From contig NC_090409.1 of NCBI RefSeq assembly GCF_036365525.1, positions 39,318,437 through 39,382,436 of the forward strand: 64,000 nt of DNA, in the 5' to 3' direction. Source of the stretch: Heterodontus francisci. Its lineage: Eukaryota. A program made the translations under genes and the position numbers. The notes beneath the pieces were generated by a model. It had not been told where the DNA came from. It saw nothing but the letters and a program-made list of their open reading frames with translations, and ran no database searches. Below are positions 1-11,615 of the stretch, in pieces; within the stretch, counting starts at the first letter, position 1; the number at the start of each line of letters is the position of its first letter.

Positions 1-76
1 TAGTAACATAACCACTGCACTACCGTACCAATAAAATCAGAGTAAATGCAGAATACCTGAAACAGAAACTTCTCAC

Positions 77-409
77 CTGTTACAGAGAGATCAACATCTT
101 GATGAAAGACAACATCTGCCCTCTTGTAAAACTGGCACACATACTTGTACTGGTCTGACTGCCTGAGGTCAGAGATCATAACTGACCAGTTGCCTTGTTC
201 CAGTTGATCTTTGAACAGGTTTGTTCTGTTTCTGAACCGTGGGTCTTGTAGTGCCAACTCATCATTTCCATTGGCAAATCTGTGTAAAACTCCACGCTTG
301 AATATCCACCAAATTACCTGGAAATCAGAGACCGGGACATTCTCTTTGTAGACACAGGGCAGCACAACATGCTCCCCAAGGAACCCAGAAACTGGGACAG
401 ACGAGTAAC
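77..409 (-). CDS. Gene C exon 3: B7/butyrophilin-like Ig V-set domain (gene continues off the left edge)
   Basis: ttttccag acceptor, gtgaga donor, 333 nt, phase 1-1, open. Hand translation GYSSVPVSGFLGEHVVLPCVYKENVPVSDFQVIWWIFKRGVLHRFANGNDELALQDPRFRNRTNLFKDQLEQGNWSVMISDLRQSDQYKYVCQFYKRADVVFHQDVDLSVT, with B-strand Cys, C-strand Trp and D-x-x-x-Y-x-C. Not in the ORF track. Confidence 0.88.
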
Positions 410-860
410 CTGGAAAAGATTGAAAGTATTTATCCACAGATATAACCTCCCTGCTGGTACATTCCATCCCAAGCTTCACATGGTTACACTGCGATGCTTG
501 ATTTACAAGAAGCACTGATCAGTAACTCACTGCTTTCATTTCTGTGGGAAGGTTAAAGGTCAGGCATTAAGGGCCTTCAACTAAAACCAGCTTGTGCTGG
601 ATATTTGTATCCACAGAGCAGCTGGACAGCACTTTGAATCGTGTGTTTCCCATTGTACACATGCTGGGAGAACACATCAGGATATTGGTCACCCTGCCCA
701 CCTCCCCCCTTTGGGAGAACAATGACAGACCAGTGAACTGGCAGTGAGATCCCCAAACAAACACTGGATTTGGGACTGAGGTTTACAGAATCACCCAGGC
801 TTCAACACTGAACCAACTAATCCGAGCTCTGCTGAACGTGAGAGCAGTCACAGCGCTTAC

Positions 861-924
861 CTGAAACAGCAGCAACAGCATTTAGCAGCAGCAGGAGGAG
901 GAGGAGTTTCTGTAAGTTGGGTCC
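861..924 (-). CDS. Gene C exon 2: signal peptide
   Basis: cttgttgcag acceptor, gtaagc donor, 64 nt, phase 0-1, GPNLQKLLLLLLLLNAVAAVS(G). Confidence 0.85.
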
Positions 925-1272
925 CTGCAACAAGAAAACACAGTTACCCCCCTTTACCACAGTTTCTTGCTGCTCATGTCCATTTCTGAACCGGACTGTG
1001 TCACTGTGTCCCCCACCCCTGGGTGTAGATTAACAGCTAGGTGTTTATTTTCAGTTTAAACACAGTTTCTCTCGCTCCATCTCCTGTCTGACATTTCTCC
1101 TTTTATAAATGAGACCCTGCCCCAGGGTCAGGAAGACAAAGCCCCGAAATAGAACAAACTCTTCCCCTTTTTAGAGGGAGACAAACAATAAAGAGGCGAA
1201 TCCTCGGGGAGAGAAAGGAAAGTTTCCCCCACATCCCCCTCCCTCTCCCCGGGTGTGAGACACTGACAATAC

Positions 1273-1293
1273 CTGCAGCGCTTTTCCATCCAT
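1273..1293 (-). CDS. Gene C exon 1, coding part (MDGKALQ)
   Basis: ATG GAT GGA AAA GCG CTG CAG then gtattg donor; homologous to exon 1 of A, B and E. Confidence 0.75.
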
Positions 1294-1407
1294 TCTCCCG
1301 AACCCTGATCATCCCCTCTCGGAGACGGGAGACAGGGAATCTGCTGCTCAACCCGGATCGGCCAACTGCGCCTGTTATACTTTGAAACACAGGGACGATA
1401 GGGGTAT

Positions 1408-2235
1408 GGTCCAGACAGAGGGGAATCAGTCCCGGTCCCCGTGTCTGTGTCTCTGTCCAGACAGAGGGGGGATCAGTCCCAGTCCCTGTGTCTGGGTTCA
1501 GACAGAGGGGGATCAGTCCTGGTCCCTGTGTCTGGGTCCAGACAGAGGGGAATCAGTCCTAGCCCCTGTGTCTGGGTCCAGACAGAGGGGGATCAGTCCT
1601 GGTCCCAGTGTCTGGGTTCAGACAGAGGGGGATCAGTCCGAGTCCCTGTGTCTGGGTCCAGACAGAGGGGGATCAGTCCCAGTCCCCGTGTCTGGGTCCA
1701 GACAGAGGGGGATCAGTCCCAGTCCCCGTGTCTGTGTCAGGGTCCAGACAGAGGGGTATCAGTCCCGGTCCCTGTGTCTGGGTCCAGACAGAGGATGATC
1801 AGTCTGGGTCCCTGTGTCTGGGTCCAGACAGAGAGGGATCAGTCCCGGTCCCTGTATCTGGGTCCAGACAGAGGGGGATCAGTCCCGGTCCCTGTATCTG
1901 GGTCCAGACAGAGGGGGATCAGTCCTAGTCCCTGTGTCTGGGTCCAGACAGAGGGGGATCAGTCCTGGTCCCTGTGTCTGGGTCCAGACATAGGGGGATC
2001 AGTCCTAGTCCCTGTGTCTGGGTCCAGACAGAGGGGGATCAGTCCCGGTCCCCGTGTCTGGGTCCAGAAAGAGGGGGATCAGTCCCGGTCCCCGTGTCTG
2101 GGTCCAGAAAGAGGGGGATCAGTCCCGGACTCTGTGTCTGTGTCTGGGTCCAGACTGAGAGGGGAGTCAAACCCAGTCCCAGTCCCTGTGTCTGGGTCCA
2201 GACAGAGAGGGATCAGTCCTGGTCCCTGTGTCTGG
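1408..2235. repeat. 40-bp minisatellite (about 20 units) just upstream of gene C exon 1
   Basis: Unit TCTGGGTCCAGACAGAGGGGGATCAGTCCCGGTCCCTGTG; gacagagggg recurs at 1501, 1541, 1581, 1621, 1661, 1701; some longer variants. Confidence 0.95.
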
Positions 2236-2249
2236 TCCATGTGGAGTAT

Positions 2250-2770
2250 GCACACCATTCTGCTGTTAGGAAGGATGTTGCAGGATTTTGACCCAGCGAC
2301 AGTTCTACTCGGGATGGTGTGTGGCTTGGAGGGGAACTTGCAGGTGGTGGTGTTCCCATGCATCTGCTGCCTTTGTCCTTCTAGTTGGTAGAGGTCATGG
2401 GTTTGGAAGGTGTTGTCTAAGGAGCCTTGGTGCATTGCTGCAGTGCATCTTGTAGATGGTACACACTGCTGCCACTGTGTGTCGGTGGTGGAGAGAGTGA
2501 ATGTTTGTAGATGGGGTGTCAATCAAGCGGGCTGCTTTGTCCTGGATGGTGTCGAGCTTCTTGAGTGTTGTTGGAGCTGCACTCATCCAGGCAAGTGGAG
2601 AGTCTTCCATCACACTCCTGACTTGTGCCTTGTAGATGGTGGACAGGCTTTGGGGAGTCGGGAGGTGAGTTACTCACCGCAGGATTCCCAACCTCTGACC
2701 TGCTCTTGTAGACACAGTATTTATATGGCTACTCCAGTTCAGTTTCTGGTCAATGGTAACCCCCAGAATG
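2250..2770 (-). mobile_element. 3' fragment of a CR1/L2-group LINE (RT C-terminal region)
   Basis: ORFs 2395..2613 (SPLAWMSAAPTTLKKLDTIQDKAARLI) and 2079..2522; related 3' ends near 25.9, 47.8 and 61.4 kb. Confidence 0.7.
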
Positions 2771-3074
2771 TTCTGGATGATATTTCCAGGATGGTGAGTG
2801 ACCTTGAGAGGAACATGCGAGGCCTCCTTAGACCGACTGCACAATTTTTGTATCCGTGCTTATATAATGAATATTTTGCACTTGTTTTGCTCTCAGCAAA
2901 TTTTAAAATTAAAAATTAGATTCCATAGTGAGGGAATAATGTTAAAAAGAAAGCCCAAACAGAAACAAAGCAAATTGACTATAATTATAAACTCTGTCCT
3001 GCTTTCCAGTCAATGAGGTTTTATCACAACTGCTGAAAGTCTTTATTTCACAATTTTATTGTTTTAGCTCGATT

Positions 3075-3300
3075 TCTATTGGTGGATTCTAACCGTCAAT
3101 CAGCGCAGACCCGCCCCTCGGCGGCGAAACAGCTGGGCGGAGCATTCATCGCCTTGACCCTGATCGACACCGAGCTCGGCCAATAGGAACACACTGCTGG
3201 CAGGGGAAGGCTGTCGGTTCAGCCAATGGGCGGCAGCGGGGGCGGGACCGCGCTGAACAAGATGGCCCCCGTGTCCGCCGCCATTTTAAAGTTTATTTCC
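3075..3300. promoter_or_regulatory. CpG-rich promoter-like element (CCAAT boxes, GC box, YY1-like motifs)
   Basis: attgg, ggccaatag, agccaatggg, GGGGCGGGA, CAAGATGGC and CCGCCATTTT within about 220 bp of CpG-dense sequence. Confidence 0.55.
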
Positions 3301-3399
3301 TGCACCATCTGGTCTGGATGGTGAACGGTGCTGAAAAAAACAAGGAGGCGCAAACCGCAAACCGCAAACAGCAACGTTTATCAGGAAGGAGCCGCTCGC

Positions 3400-3515
3400 C
3401 ATTACTGACCCCCCCGAGTGTGAGACACTGACAGTACCTGAAACCCCTTTTCTATCGTCAAGGCCTCGATCATCCCCTCCCGGAGACAGGGGAGCTGCTG
3501 CTGCTCAGCCGGAGG
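3400..3515 (-). pseudogene. ATG-less copy of the exon-1 module
   Basis: Minus strand reads gacGATAGAAAAGGGGTTTCAG|gtactgtcagtgtctcacactcgggggggtcagtaatgg, homologous to ATGGATAGAAAAGCACAGCAG|gtattgtcagtgtctcacacccgggggg. Donor after 3438; ATG lost; no exon 2 nearby. Confidence 0.65.
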
Positions 3516-3621
3516 AGTCAGACCGAAAGAGAAAGAGCAGCTGCAGGCAGAGACCAAAGTACAAGGGCAGGGTGGAGCCGGAGGCTGAGCGGATAATGTT
3601 ATTGGACTGGCAATCCAGAGG

Positions 3622-3720
3622 CAATAAAAACAGAAAGTGCTGGAAAACGATCAGGCAGCGTCTGTGCAGCGAGAGAGAACAGAGTTAACGTTTCAGGTCT
3701 GTGTCCCTTCATCAGAACTG
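3622..3720 (-). mobile_element. Penelope-like element tail with hammerhead ribozyme motif
   Basis: Minus strand AGTT-CTGATGA-agggacacagacct-GAAA-CGTT-AACT; same tail family as 24030-24365 and 48985-49140. Confidence 0.6.
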
Positions 3721-4382
3721 CAATAGATTAATAACCACAATGTCAGGGTTAGACCTGAGAGAAGGGAGTGCAGCAAGTTCAGAGGGAGAGAGGTTAGAGT
3801 GAGTGAGTGAGTGGGGGGGGGGGGGGGGGGGGGGGGGGCGGGGACGGGTGGCAGAGAAACTAAGAAGACCGATGTCACGCCGACAGTTTTCAATGAAAAG
3901 CTCAAGAGCGGGTAAGAGGCCAGAGGGAGGGGTCCGATGCTGGAGGCGGGTGAATGGGACTGCTGGTCGGCGGGGTTGGACTCCTGGTCAAAGAAGTGAT
4001 CCCAGAGGCAAAAGTGACGAAGGAAAAGCTCAACATCATGTCCAGCACAAAATACATTGAGGTAGGGGGCGTAAGGGTGTAAAACGGAGTCCTTTGCTAA
4101 GTACAGGTTGTTCAGCATCAAAGAGGGGAAGGTCAGAGGGTATTGTGAATACATGGTGTTACAACCGAGGTGGGAGGAATGCACTGTTAATTCAGTCCCG
4201 CTTCTCCACGGGCCACAGCATATCAATACATTTTCCCACTTACTGAAACAGCCAGTTAGATACTCTGTCCCCCAGAATAAAGCACAGCAACCAGGTCTTC
4301 TTTAATCAACAACAAAATTAACTGTTTATTATAAAGCCAAATCTTAACCTATAATGAAGTAAATATATATTCAAACCGAGAT

Positions 4383-5252
4383 TGTAACAAGGTTTAATGT
4401 TAAACACACTCTCTTTATAGCTCCCCTTTGGCGAATCCTTGTTCACCGCTTTCCAATTATAAGGAAAAGAAATCAGCACACACAGGTTTTTTTAGGTTTA
4501 AAGAAGAAAGATTGAAATTTATTAAATTTAACCTTGAACTCTAATTCGGATAATGCCTACAGATACATGACCCGCCCACGCCAGCATGCATACATGATGT
4601 ATGTAGATAAGGACTGAAAAGAGAAGATAAATGAAGTGAAAAGTTTGAGGCAATCTCTAAAAGGGGGGTTCGTTACTGTGCTTCAAGCTCGCTGTGGAGT
4701 CTTTGATTGTAGGTAGGTCTTACATGTCATTGGGACCCAGTATTATTCTTAAACCTTGTTCAATGTAGGAGACTTTTCTCTCTTTGAGGTTCATGTGTCT
4801 TCAGTGGGTTCAGAGGCTTGTGAGAAAGAGATGGGAGCAGGCAGGAGAGACCTTCTTCAGTCTAGGAGTAAACTGCTTTTTGCCAGTTACAAACACTGTG
4901 GCAGGTTCAAATTCAAAAAAAAACTCAGGTGGCCCTGCAAGTTAGTCATGTGACTAGCTGGTCTGACCACATCCATTTTTGTATACGGCAATCTTAGCCA
5001 TCAACCTGGAATGTGAACTCCTCCACCTTTAAGATCTGATAATCAAAAGTCCATTGTGGATTGAACGTGTCAGGGTCTTTTGTCCCTTTTAAGTATTGTC
5101 TGTAAATAGGCAAATATCTTTCCAGTCAAGGGTCTGGTGTTTTTTTTTTTAAAAAAGCAAGTTCTTTTTTTACACCAGTAACAGTTTAAAAATCAATGTG
5201 CATGTGGCAAAATTAATATGCCTCATTCTTGGGAATGGGGGCCTGCATGACA
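4383..5252 (-). mobile_element. Nested solo LTR
   Basis: TGT...ACA termini and TSD AGAT (4379-4382, 5253-5256); related to 54300-54990 in the opposite orientation. Confidence 0.7.
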
Positions 5253-5595
5253 AGATGTTAAAGTCCCTTATTTTCCCTAGCCCTCATGCACACACCACAC
5301 ATCCATTCAAAAACTGGTTAACCGGGGGAGGAAAAAGGAGTTTGGTTTACAGCTGTTTCATAGGAATGAAAAGAACAATTAAAAAAAAACGTTGTCATGA
5401 TCTGGAAGGAAGATCTTTGGTTTGGCGAGGTGAACCAAAGTCGAATAGTTGGATGCCACTCGAAGTCTTTCCAGGTGAGGATGAGCCGTCGATGATGGGT
5501 AGGCTTTCAAAGAACCTCAACAAAAGAAGGCTTTATATAAGGCTTTCCATCAGGTATGCAGCATGAAGGCTCTTTGGTCTTACAGCAGCAGTAAA

Positions 5596-5945
5596 GGGCG
5601 GCGCAGTGGTTAGCACCGCAGCCTCACAACTCCAGGGACCCGGGTTCGATTCCGGGTACTGCCTGTGTGGAGTTTGCAAGTTCTCCCTGTGTCTGTGTGG
5701 GTTTTCTCCGGGTGCTCCGGTTTCCTCCCACAAGCCAAAAGACTTGCAGGTTGATGGGTAAATTGGCCATTATAAATTGTCACTAGTATAGGTAGTTGGT
5801 AGGGAAATATAGGGACAGGTGGGGATGTTTGGTAGGAATATGGGATTAGTGTAGGATTAGTATAAATGGGTGGTTGATGTTCGGCACAGACTCGGTGGGC
5901 CGAAGGGCCTGTTTCAGTGCTGTATCTCTAATCTAAATCTAAAAA
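5596..5945 (+). mobile_element. V-SINE (HE1-like, elasmobranch)
   Basis: tRNA-like head (A box GGCGCAGTGG, B box GGTTCGATTCC), V-domain TGTGTGGAGTTTGCAAGTTCTCC...GGGTGCTCCGGTTTCCTCCCACA, CR1-like 3' end GGGCCGAAGGGCCTGTTTC and short-repeat tail. Confidence 0.85.
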
Positions 5946-6993
5946 ATCTAACCTATAGCAGGAAAAGGTTTCTTGCAATATTCAGGATTTCTTCAAAACA
6001 CAGAAGGTAACAGGAACCACTCTTGATGCAGGAATCCTTTAGCGAGAGATAATAATCTTTCCGGGTCTACTTCTGACCTCCGGGCAGGTCAGAATCCAAT
6101 TTCAAAATGTCTGCTTTTTGGCCAAACCCACTGACTTTATAAAAGTTCAAAACTGAAACCACAACTTTCCATAAACAATTCACATGCCCAGTGATAAATT
6201 ATCTCCTGTGGTAACAGAGGGTAACTCTGAGGTCCACCCCCTGCTGGTTTCCTTGAGATTACCTGCATTCCTGTCCTTGTTTACCAGTTCAGCTTTCGTT
6301 GAACGTCCTATCAAAACATCCATAAAGTTCAGATCTCAATATCCACTGAAATCCTTTTCAGTTTTTAAAGACATGGAATCCGAAGTTTTAATACAAAAAA
6401 AAAATCCTCGTAACAATGGCAAGAGGTGAGATTAGGAGGGATGGGGGGTCAGAGGGAAGGGGAAGAAAGATCTGGAGGGGTGTTGGTACCCATGAGGTGC
6501 TGGAGCTTATGCTTCTTTAACACCTGAAAGGAAGAGATAAAGTTTTTTGTAAATGCATCGGAGAAGGTGAAGGATGAAATGGAACTGCAGAGCAGGACAG
6601 CTCTGAGATCGGGTGAGTCGGTGCTGCTGGAGAGAGAGGTCAAGTGCGTCCATGTGCACGGAGTATGGATCGCGATACCTGTAATCCTGGGTGGATTCAA
6701 AACACAGGATAAAACTTCAGTTGGAGTCTACGTGGAATAAGTCGGAGTCGGAGACAGTCGCTGAGGAAGGAGATGTGGCTGTGAAAATGAGTTTTAGCAG
6801 AAACCTTATTGAACAGCAGGAGGGAAATGGGAAGCAATGAAGGTGAGAAATGTAAACGAGATAAACGGAAATCCCAGAGAAAAGAGCAGAACTGCTTTGT
6901 GGTAGCATTCCTGCAAGAGAAGTGGCAGTGAAGTAAATACTAAAATAACAGCAAAATAATGTGGATGCTGGAACTCTGAAATGAGAACAGAAA

Positions 6994-7557
6994 TGTGAGA
7001 AACGTAGCCCACTTGATAACAATTTACACCAAGTCAAACTCTGAAGAAGTAAGTTTATTTAACGGTCTTGCAAGATCGGGTGTCCTACAAGCAGGCACAC
7101 CGATCAACATATTCAGTTCATGTTTATACAATACAAATCCATTTGTCCACGCCTTTATTTTACATTATTGGTTATAACGTATTATGACACTAACCTATCC
7201 TATGGTTGCTACAGTCTCCTCCTCTGTTTACTTCTCCCCCTACTCTAACTTTCTAGCCCCTAACTCTTGTTTTTGTTTTACCTTATTTGGCTCTCCATTA
7301 TGTGTTTTAACTTGCAGCTGTCAGCCTTTATCTTAGTGGGGCAGTTTCTTATTCACTACATCCGTTGTTCTAACTCTTGCTGTTTCTCTGTTATCTGCCT
7401 AAGCACAATTTTTAAGTGATGTACTGTCTTAAGGTCTCCACTGACATATCCTTATCAGTTCTCCTTTTCAGTGATTTCATTATGTTGTGCACAAATGACT
7501 TCTTGGTAACTTTCCACAAGCTGTAGAAACAACATTTCAGTATTTCTTATTCTCACA
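6994..7557 (-). mobile_element. Solo LTR inserted in a Penelope-like tail
   Basis: TGTGAGAA...TTCTCACA termini, TSD GAAA on both sides, minus-strand AATAAA near 7055. Confidence 0.7.
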
Positions 7558-7789
7558 GAAAGTGTCAGAAATACTCAGCAGATCTGGCAGCATCTGTGTA
7601 GAGAGAAACAGAGTTAACATTTCAAGTATCTGACCTTCCATCAGAACCTGGAATGTTAACCCTGTTTCTCTTTACTTGCTGAGTATTTCCAGCACTTTCT
7701 GTTTTTATTTCAGAGATCCAGCATCTGCAGTATTTTGCTTTTCCGCATGGATTCTGACATGCTGCCGGCCAGAAGCATACTCTCGTACA

Positions 7790-8345
7790 CTTCCAGCAGG
7801 TCTGAGCCGACCCAGTCCCTCAGAGTCGCAAACAACTCAACTGGTAATCTGTCGCTCCTGGGGGGGTGGTTTTACTCGTCTCGAAGGACCTGACAGCCTT
7901 TGTCAGTTTGTCCAGAATTAGCGGTTTGTCCAGACTCTCCCACGTACTGTCATCTAAGACCTCCGTGACAGATGACAGGAAGGACTGGGAGGCCGTGCTG
8001 TCTGTGGGCTTCACGTCGTACAGCCCAGCATAAAAGGATTTGCTGAACCTTAGTATGTCAGACTGCGATGACGTTACCAAGCTGTCTTCTTCCTCCAGGC
8101 TGCTGATCACAGAGCTCTCTCTGTGTACCTTTCGGAAGAAGTAACACGAGCACGTCTCATCCTGCTCCACGGAGCGGACTCTGGACTGGAAGATGATCTT
8201 GCAGGCCTCTGCGGCAAAGAGCAAGTCCTGCTGGCTCTTCACCTCTTGGAGATCCTCCTTGGCCTCGACCCCAATCGACTGCAGCCGGAGCAGATTCTGC
8301 ATGCTTTTCTGCCAACTCTCTGATCATCCTGGGATAGACAGTCAT
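7790..8345 (-). mobile_element. Tx1/L1-clade LINE ORF2 fragment
   Basis: ORF 7820..8302 SRVRSVEQDETCSCYFFRKV...FYAGLY resembles the Tx1 EN-RT linker. Confidence 0.65.
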
Positions 8346-9069
8346 ATGAACATATGAATTAGGAAAAGAACTCAGTCACATGAATTCTCGAGCCTGCTCA
8401 GCCATTCAATAAGATCATGGCTGATCTGATTACTCCACATTCTCAACTATCCCCAATAACCTTTCCCCACCTTGCTTATCATGAATCTATCTACCTCTGC
8501 CTTAAAAATATTGAAAGGCCTTTTGACATCATCACATTTTGAAGAAGAGCTTTATACAAACGGGAACAGTGTTATACAACATCAACTGAGATTGGACCCT
8601 AATGAGATTTGAACTCACAACTCATGGTTTACAAGACCAGCTCTCTAACCCCTGAGTAATGGAGCCAGATGTCAGCGAGGAGGAGGCAGGAGTCGGAGAA
8701 GAACACCGGCTTGACGTCAGTGGATCCGACTGTGAATGCGCGGGACACAAACAGGAAGTCAATCCTGGAATGGACGGACCCGTCTGGTCTTCACCAGGTC
8801 TATCTACACTCTGCTCCATCTGCAGGCCAAGACATTGTGCAGCTTGGCCTCTTTGACTGTTTCCATTTGGAGTCTGGACGGGGCTGAGTAAATTGGTCCT
8901 ATATTCTGTGGAGTTCAGAAAAATGAGAGGTGATCTAATTGATTCTGAAAGGGTTTGATAGGGTAGAAGCTGAGAGATTGTTCCCGCTGGTCGGGGGATC
9001 TAGAACATGGGGACACAGTCTCAGGATAAGGGGCCAATCATTCAGGACTGAGATGAGGAGAAATTATTT

Positions 9070-11012
9070 CAGGTATAGGCAGCTGGGATCAAGCGAGTCC
9101 CTCGGAGTATAAGGGATGCAGGAGTACACTTAAGAAGGAAATTAGGAGGGCGAAAAGGGGCCATGAGATTTCCCTGGCAGATAAGATAAAGGAGAATCCT
9201 AAAAGATTCTGTAAGTTTTTAAGAGTAAAAGGGTAGCGAGGGAGAGAGTAGGTCCCCTTAAGGATCAGTGTGGTAATGTATGTGAGGAGCCACTGGAAAT
9301 GGGCGAGGTCTTAAATGAATACTTCTCGTCTGTATTTACCATGGAGAAGGTCATGGAATCTAGTGAGTTCAAGGGAGGGAACAGCGATATCCTGGAGCCT
9401 ATCAACATTACAAAGGAGGAGGTGTTGGAGGTTTTGAAGCGCATTAAGGTGGATAAATCCCCAGGGCCTGACCAGATGCATCCTAGGACATTATGGGAAG
9501 CAAGGGAGGAGATTGCTGGGGCCCTGGCAGAGATTTTTGTATCATTGTTAGCCACGGGTGAGGTACCGGAAGACTGGAGGATATCTAATGTTGTGCCTTT
9601 AAGAAGGGCAGCAGGGATAAGCGAGGGAACTACAGGCCGGTGAGCCTTACATCAGTAGTGGGAAAGTTATTGGAAGGGATTCTGAGAGACAGGATCTATA
9701 TGCATTTGGAAAGGCATGGTCTGATTCGGGATAGTAAGCATGGCTTTGTATGTGGGAAATCATGTCTCACAAATTTGATTGAGTTTTTTGAGGAGGTGAC
9801 TAAGAGGATTGATGATGGCAGGGTGGTGGACGTTGTCTACATGGACTTTAGCAAGGCCTTTGACAAGGTCCCGCATGGTAGGCTGGTCTGGAAGGTTCGA
9901 ACACATGGGATCCATGGTGAGCTAGCCAATTGGATACAAGATTGGTTTGGTGATGGGAGGCAGAGGGTGGTAGTGGAGGGTTGTTTTTCAGATCGGAGGC
10001 CGGTGACCAGTGGTGTGCCGCAGGGATTGGTGCTGGGCCCTCTGTTTGTCATATATATTAATGACATGGATGAGAATGTAGGGGGCATGATTGGTAAGTT
10101 TGCAGATAACACCAAAATTGGTGGTGTAGTGGACAGTGAAGAAGGTTGTCTAAGATTACAACAGGATATAGATAAACTGGGAAAGTGGGCAAGGGATTGA
10201 CAAATGGAATTTAACGCAGACAAGTGTGAAATTATGCATTTTGGGACGCTAAACCAGGGCAGGACATATACAGTGAATGGCAGGGCCCTGGGGAGTGTTG
10301 TTGAGCAGAGAGACCCTGGGGTGCAAGTACATAGTTCCCTGAAAGTGGCAACACAGGTAGACAGGATGGTGAAGAAGGCATATGGCATGCTTGCATTACG
10401 GCCGAGGCATTGAGTACAAGAGTTGGGACGTCCTGTTACAGTTGTACATAACGTTGGTTCGGCCGCATTTGGAGTACTGTGTGCGGTTCTGGTCGCCGCA
10501 CTACAGGAAAGATGTGATTAAGCTAGAGAGGGTGCAGAAAAGATTCACAAGGATGTTGCCTGGTTTGGAGGGCTTGAGTTATAAAGAGAGATTGGATAGG
10601 CTGGGTCTGTTTTCACTGGAGCTAAGGAGGTTGAGAGGGGACATGACAGAGGTATATAAAATTATGAGAGGCATAGATAAGGTAGATAGCCAGAATCTAT
10701 TTCCCATGGTAGGGGTGACTAAAACTGGAGGACATAGATTTAAGGTGAGAGGGAGGAGGTTTAAAGGAGTTCAAAGGGGTACATTTTTCACACAAAGAAT
10801 AGTGGGTATCTGGAATGAGCTGCCAGAGGAGCTGGTGGAGGCAGGAACAGTAGCAACATTGAAGAGGCATCTGGACAGGTACTTGAATGAACAAGACATG
10901 GAGGGATATGGAATTAATGCAGGCAGGTGGGATTAGTATAGATAGGCATTATGGTCGGCATGGACGCGGTGGGCCGAAGGGCCTGTTTTTATGCTGTACC
11001 ACTCTAACTCTA
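9070..11012 (+). mobile_element. 5'-truncated CR1 LINE, decayed ORF2 reverse transcriptase
   Basis: ORFs 9299..9643, 9640..10200 (VYMDFSKAFDKVPH, GVPQG, FADNTK), 10204..10413, 10382..10936 with frameshifts and stops; CR1 3' end and actcta repeat tail. Confidence 0.92.
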
Positions 11013-11014
11013 AG

Positions 11015-11250
11015 TGAGCCTGGAGGCAACGGAAGACGAGCTCAATGTCATACCGAGGGTGAAATTCATTGAGGTGGAGGCGGAAGGGGATAAAACAGAG
11101 TCCTTTGCTGAGTAAAGAACGTTCCCTGTCAGAGAGAGGAAGGTCTGAGGGTTTAGTGAATACACAGCAAGGGGTCAGATCAGAGGGAAGTGAAGGGGAA
11201 GAAGGATCTGGAGAGGCAATAGTCCCCATCAGCTCCTGGAGCTGGTCTTC
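11015..11250 (-). mobile_element. Penelope-like ORF N-terminal fragment
   Basis: ORF 10933..11229 VFTKPSDLPLSDRERSLLSKGLCFIP. Confidence 0.55.
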
Positions 11251-11284
11251 CTCAACACCGGAAATGAACTAAACAGAACTGAAT

Positions 11285-11515
11285 CAGCCAAGGGGCGGGG
11301 CCAGGGGACTGTGGGCGGGGTTAGTAATGAGTGACAGGCCAGTCCGGCCGCTGATTGGGCGATTGGCTCTGAGACCCGCCACTGGGGCCAGGAGAAGTTG
11401 TTAGCCCCACCCCGGCGGGTCGAGCGCTGAGTGACAGGCGGGCCCGGTCGCTGATTGGGCGACCTGCTCTGACCCCGGCCCTGACTGCCAATAGAAGCCG
11501 TGCCCGCCAAGTATT
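11285..11515 (+). promoter_or_regulatory. Gene A proximal promoter
   Basis: GC box GGGGCGGGGC and two TGAGTGACAG motifs each followed by CTGATTGG, plus gccaatag, 80-300 bp upstream of the ATG; homologous to 63125-63850. Confidence 0.65.
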
Positions 11516-11594
11516 GGTTTCTTTATAAACCGGATGAAGGGTTCAGGCAGATTCCCGCCATTTTCACTGGAGCTGGTGATCCAGGATCGGGGCA

Positions 11595-11615
11595 ATGGAT
11601 AGAAAAGCACAGCAG
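11595..11615 (+). CDS. Gene A exon 1, coding part (MDRKAQQ)
   Basis: gcaATGG Kozak context, CAG|gtattg donor. Confidence 0.75.

Larger units (their letters stand above)
4157..6415 (-). mobile_element. Solo LTR (Gypsy-type) with nested insertions
   Basis: TGTTAC...GTAACA termini and 4-bp TSD ATGG (4153-4156, 6416-6419); left end homologous to the LTR ends at about 21300-21395 and 30575-30700. Confidence 0.75.
3880..6860 (-). mobile_element. Penelope-like ORF remnant interrupted by nested LTRs
   Basis: Minus-strand degenerate VFTIPSDLP / LSKGL / HDVELFLRHF, similar to ORF 10933..11229; split by the 4157-6415 insertion. Confidence 0.5.

Noticed and set aside
1382-2391. Repetitive ORFs over the 40-bp array (also 16504-17271, 34822-35280, 63144-63933)
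   Set aside because: By-products of minisatellites; all frames cycle through the same peptide
3813-3839. Long poly-G run giving poly-Gly/poly-Pro ORFs
   Set aside because: Simple homopolymer in repeat-derived DNA; length unreliable
5596-5670. tRNA gene
   Set aside because: The A/B boxes are the head of a V-SINE, followed by the V domain and LINE-derived tail
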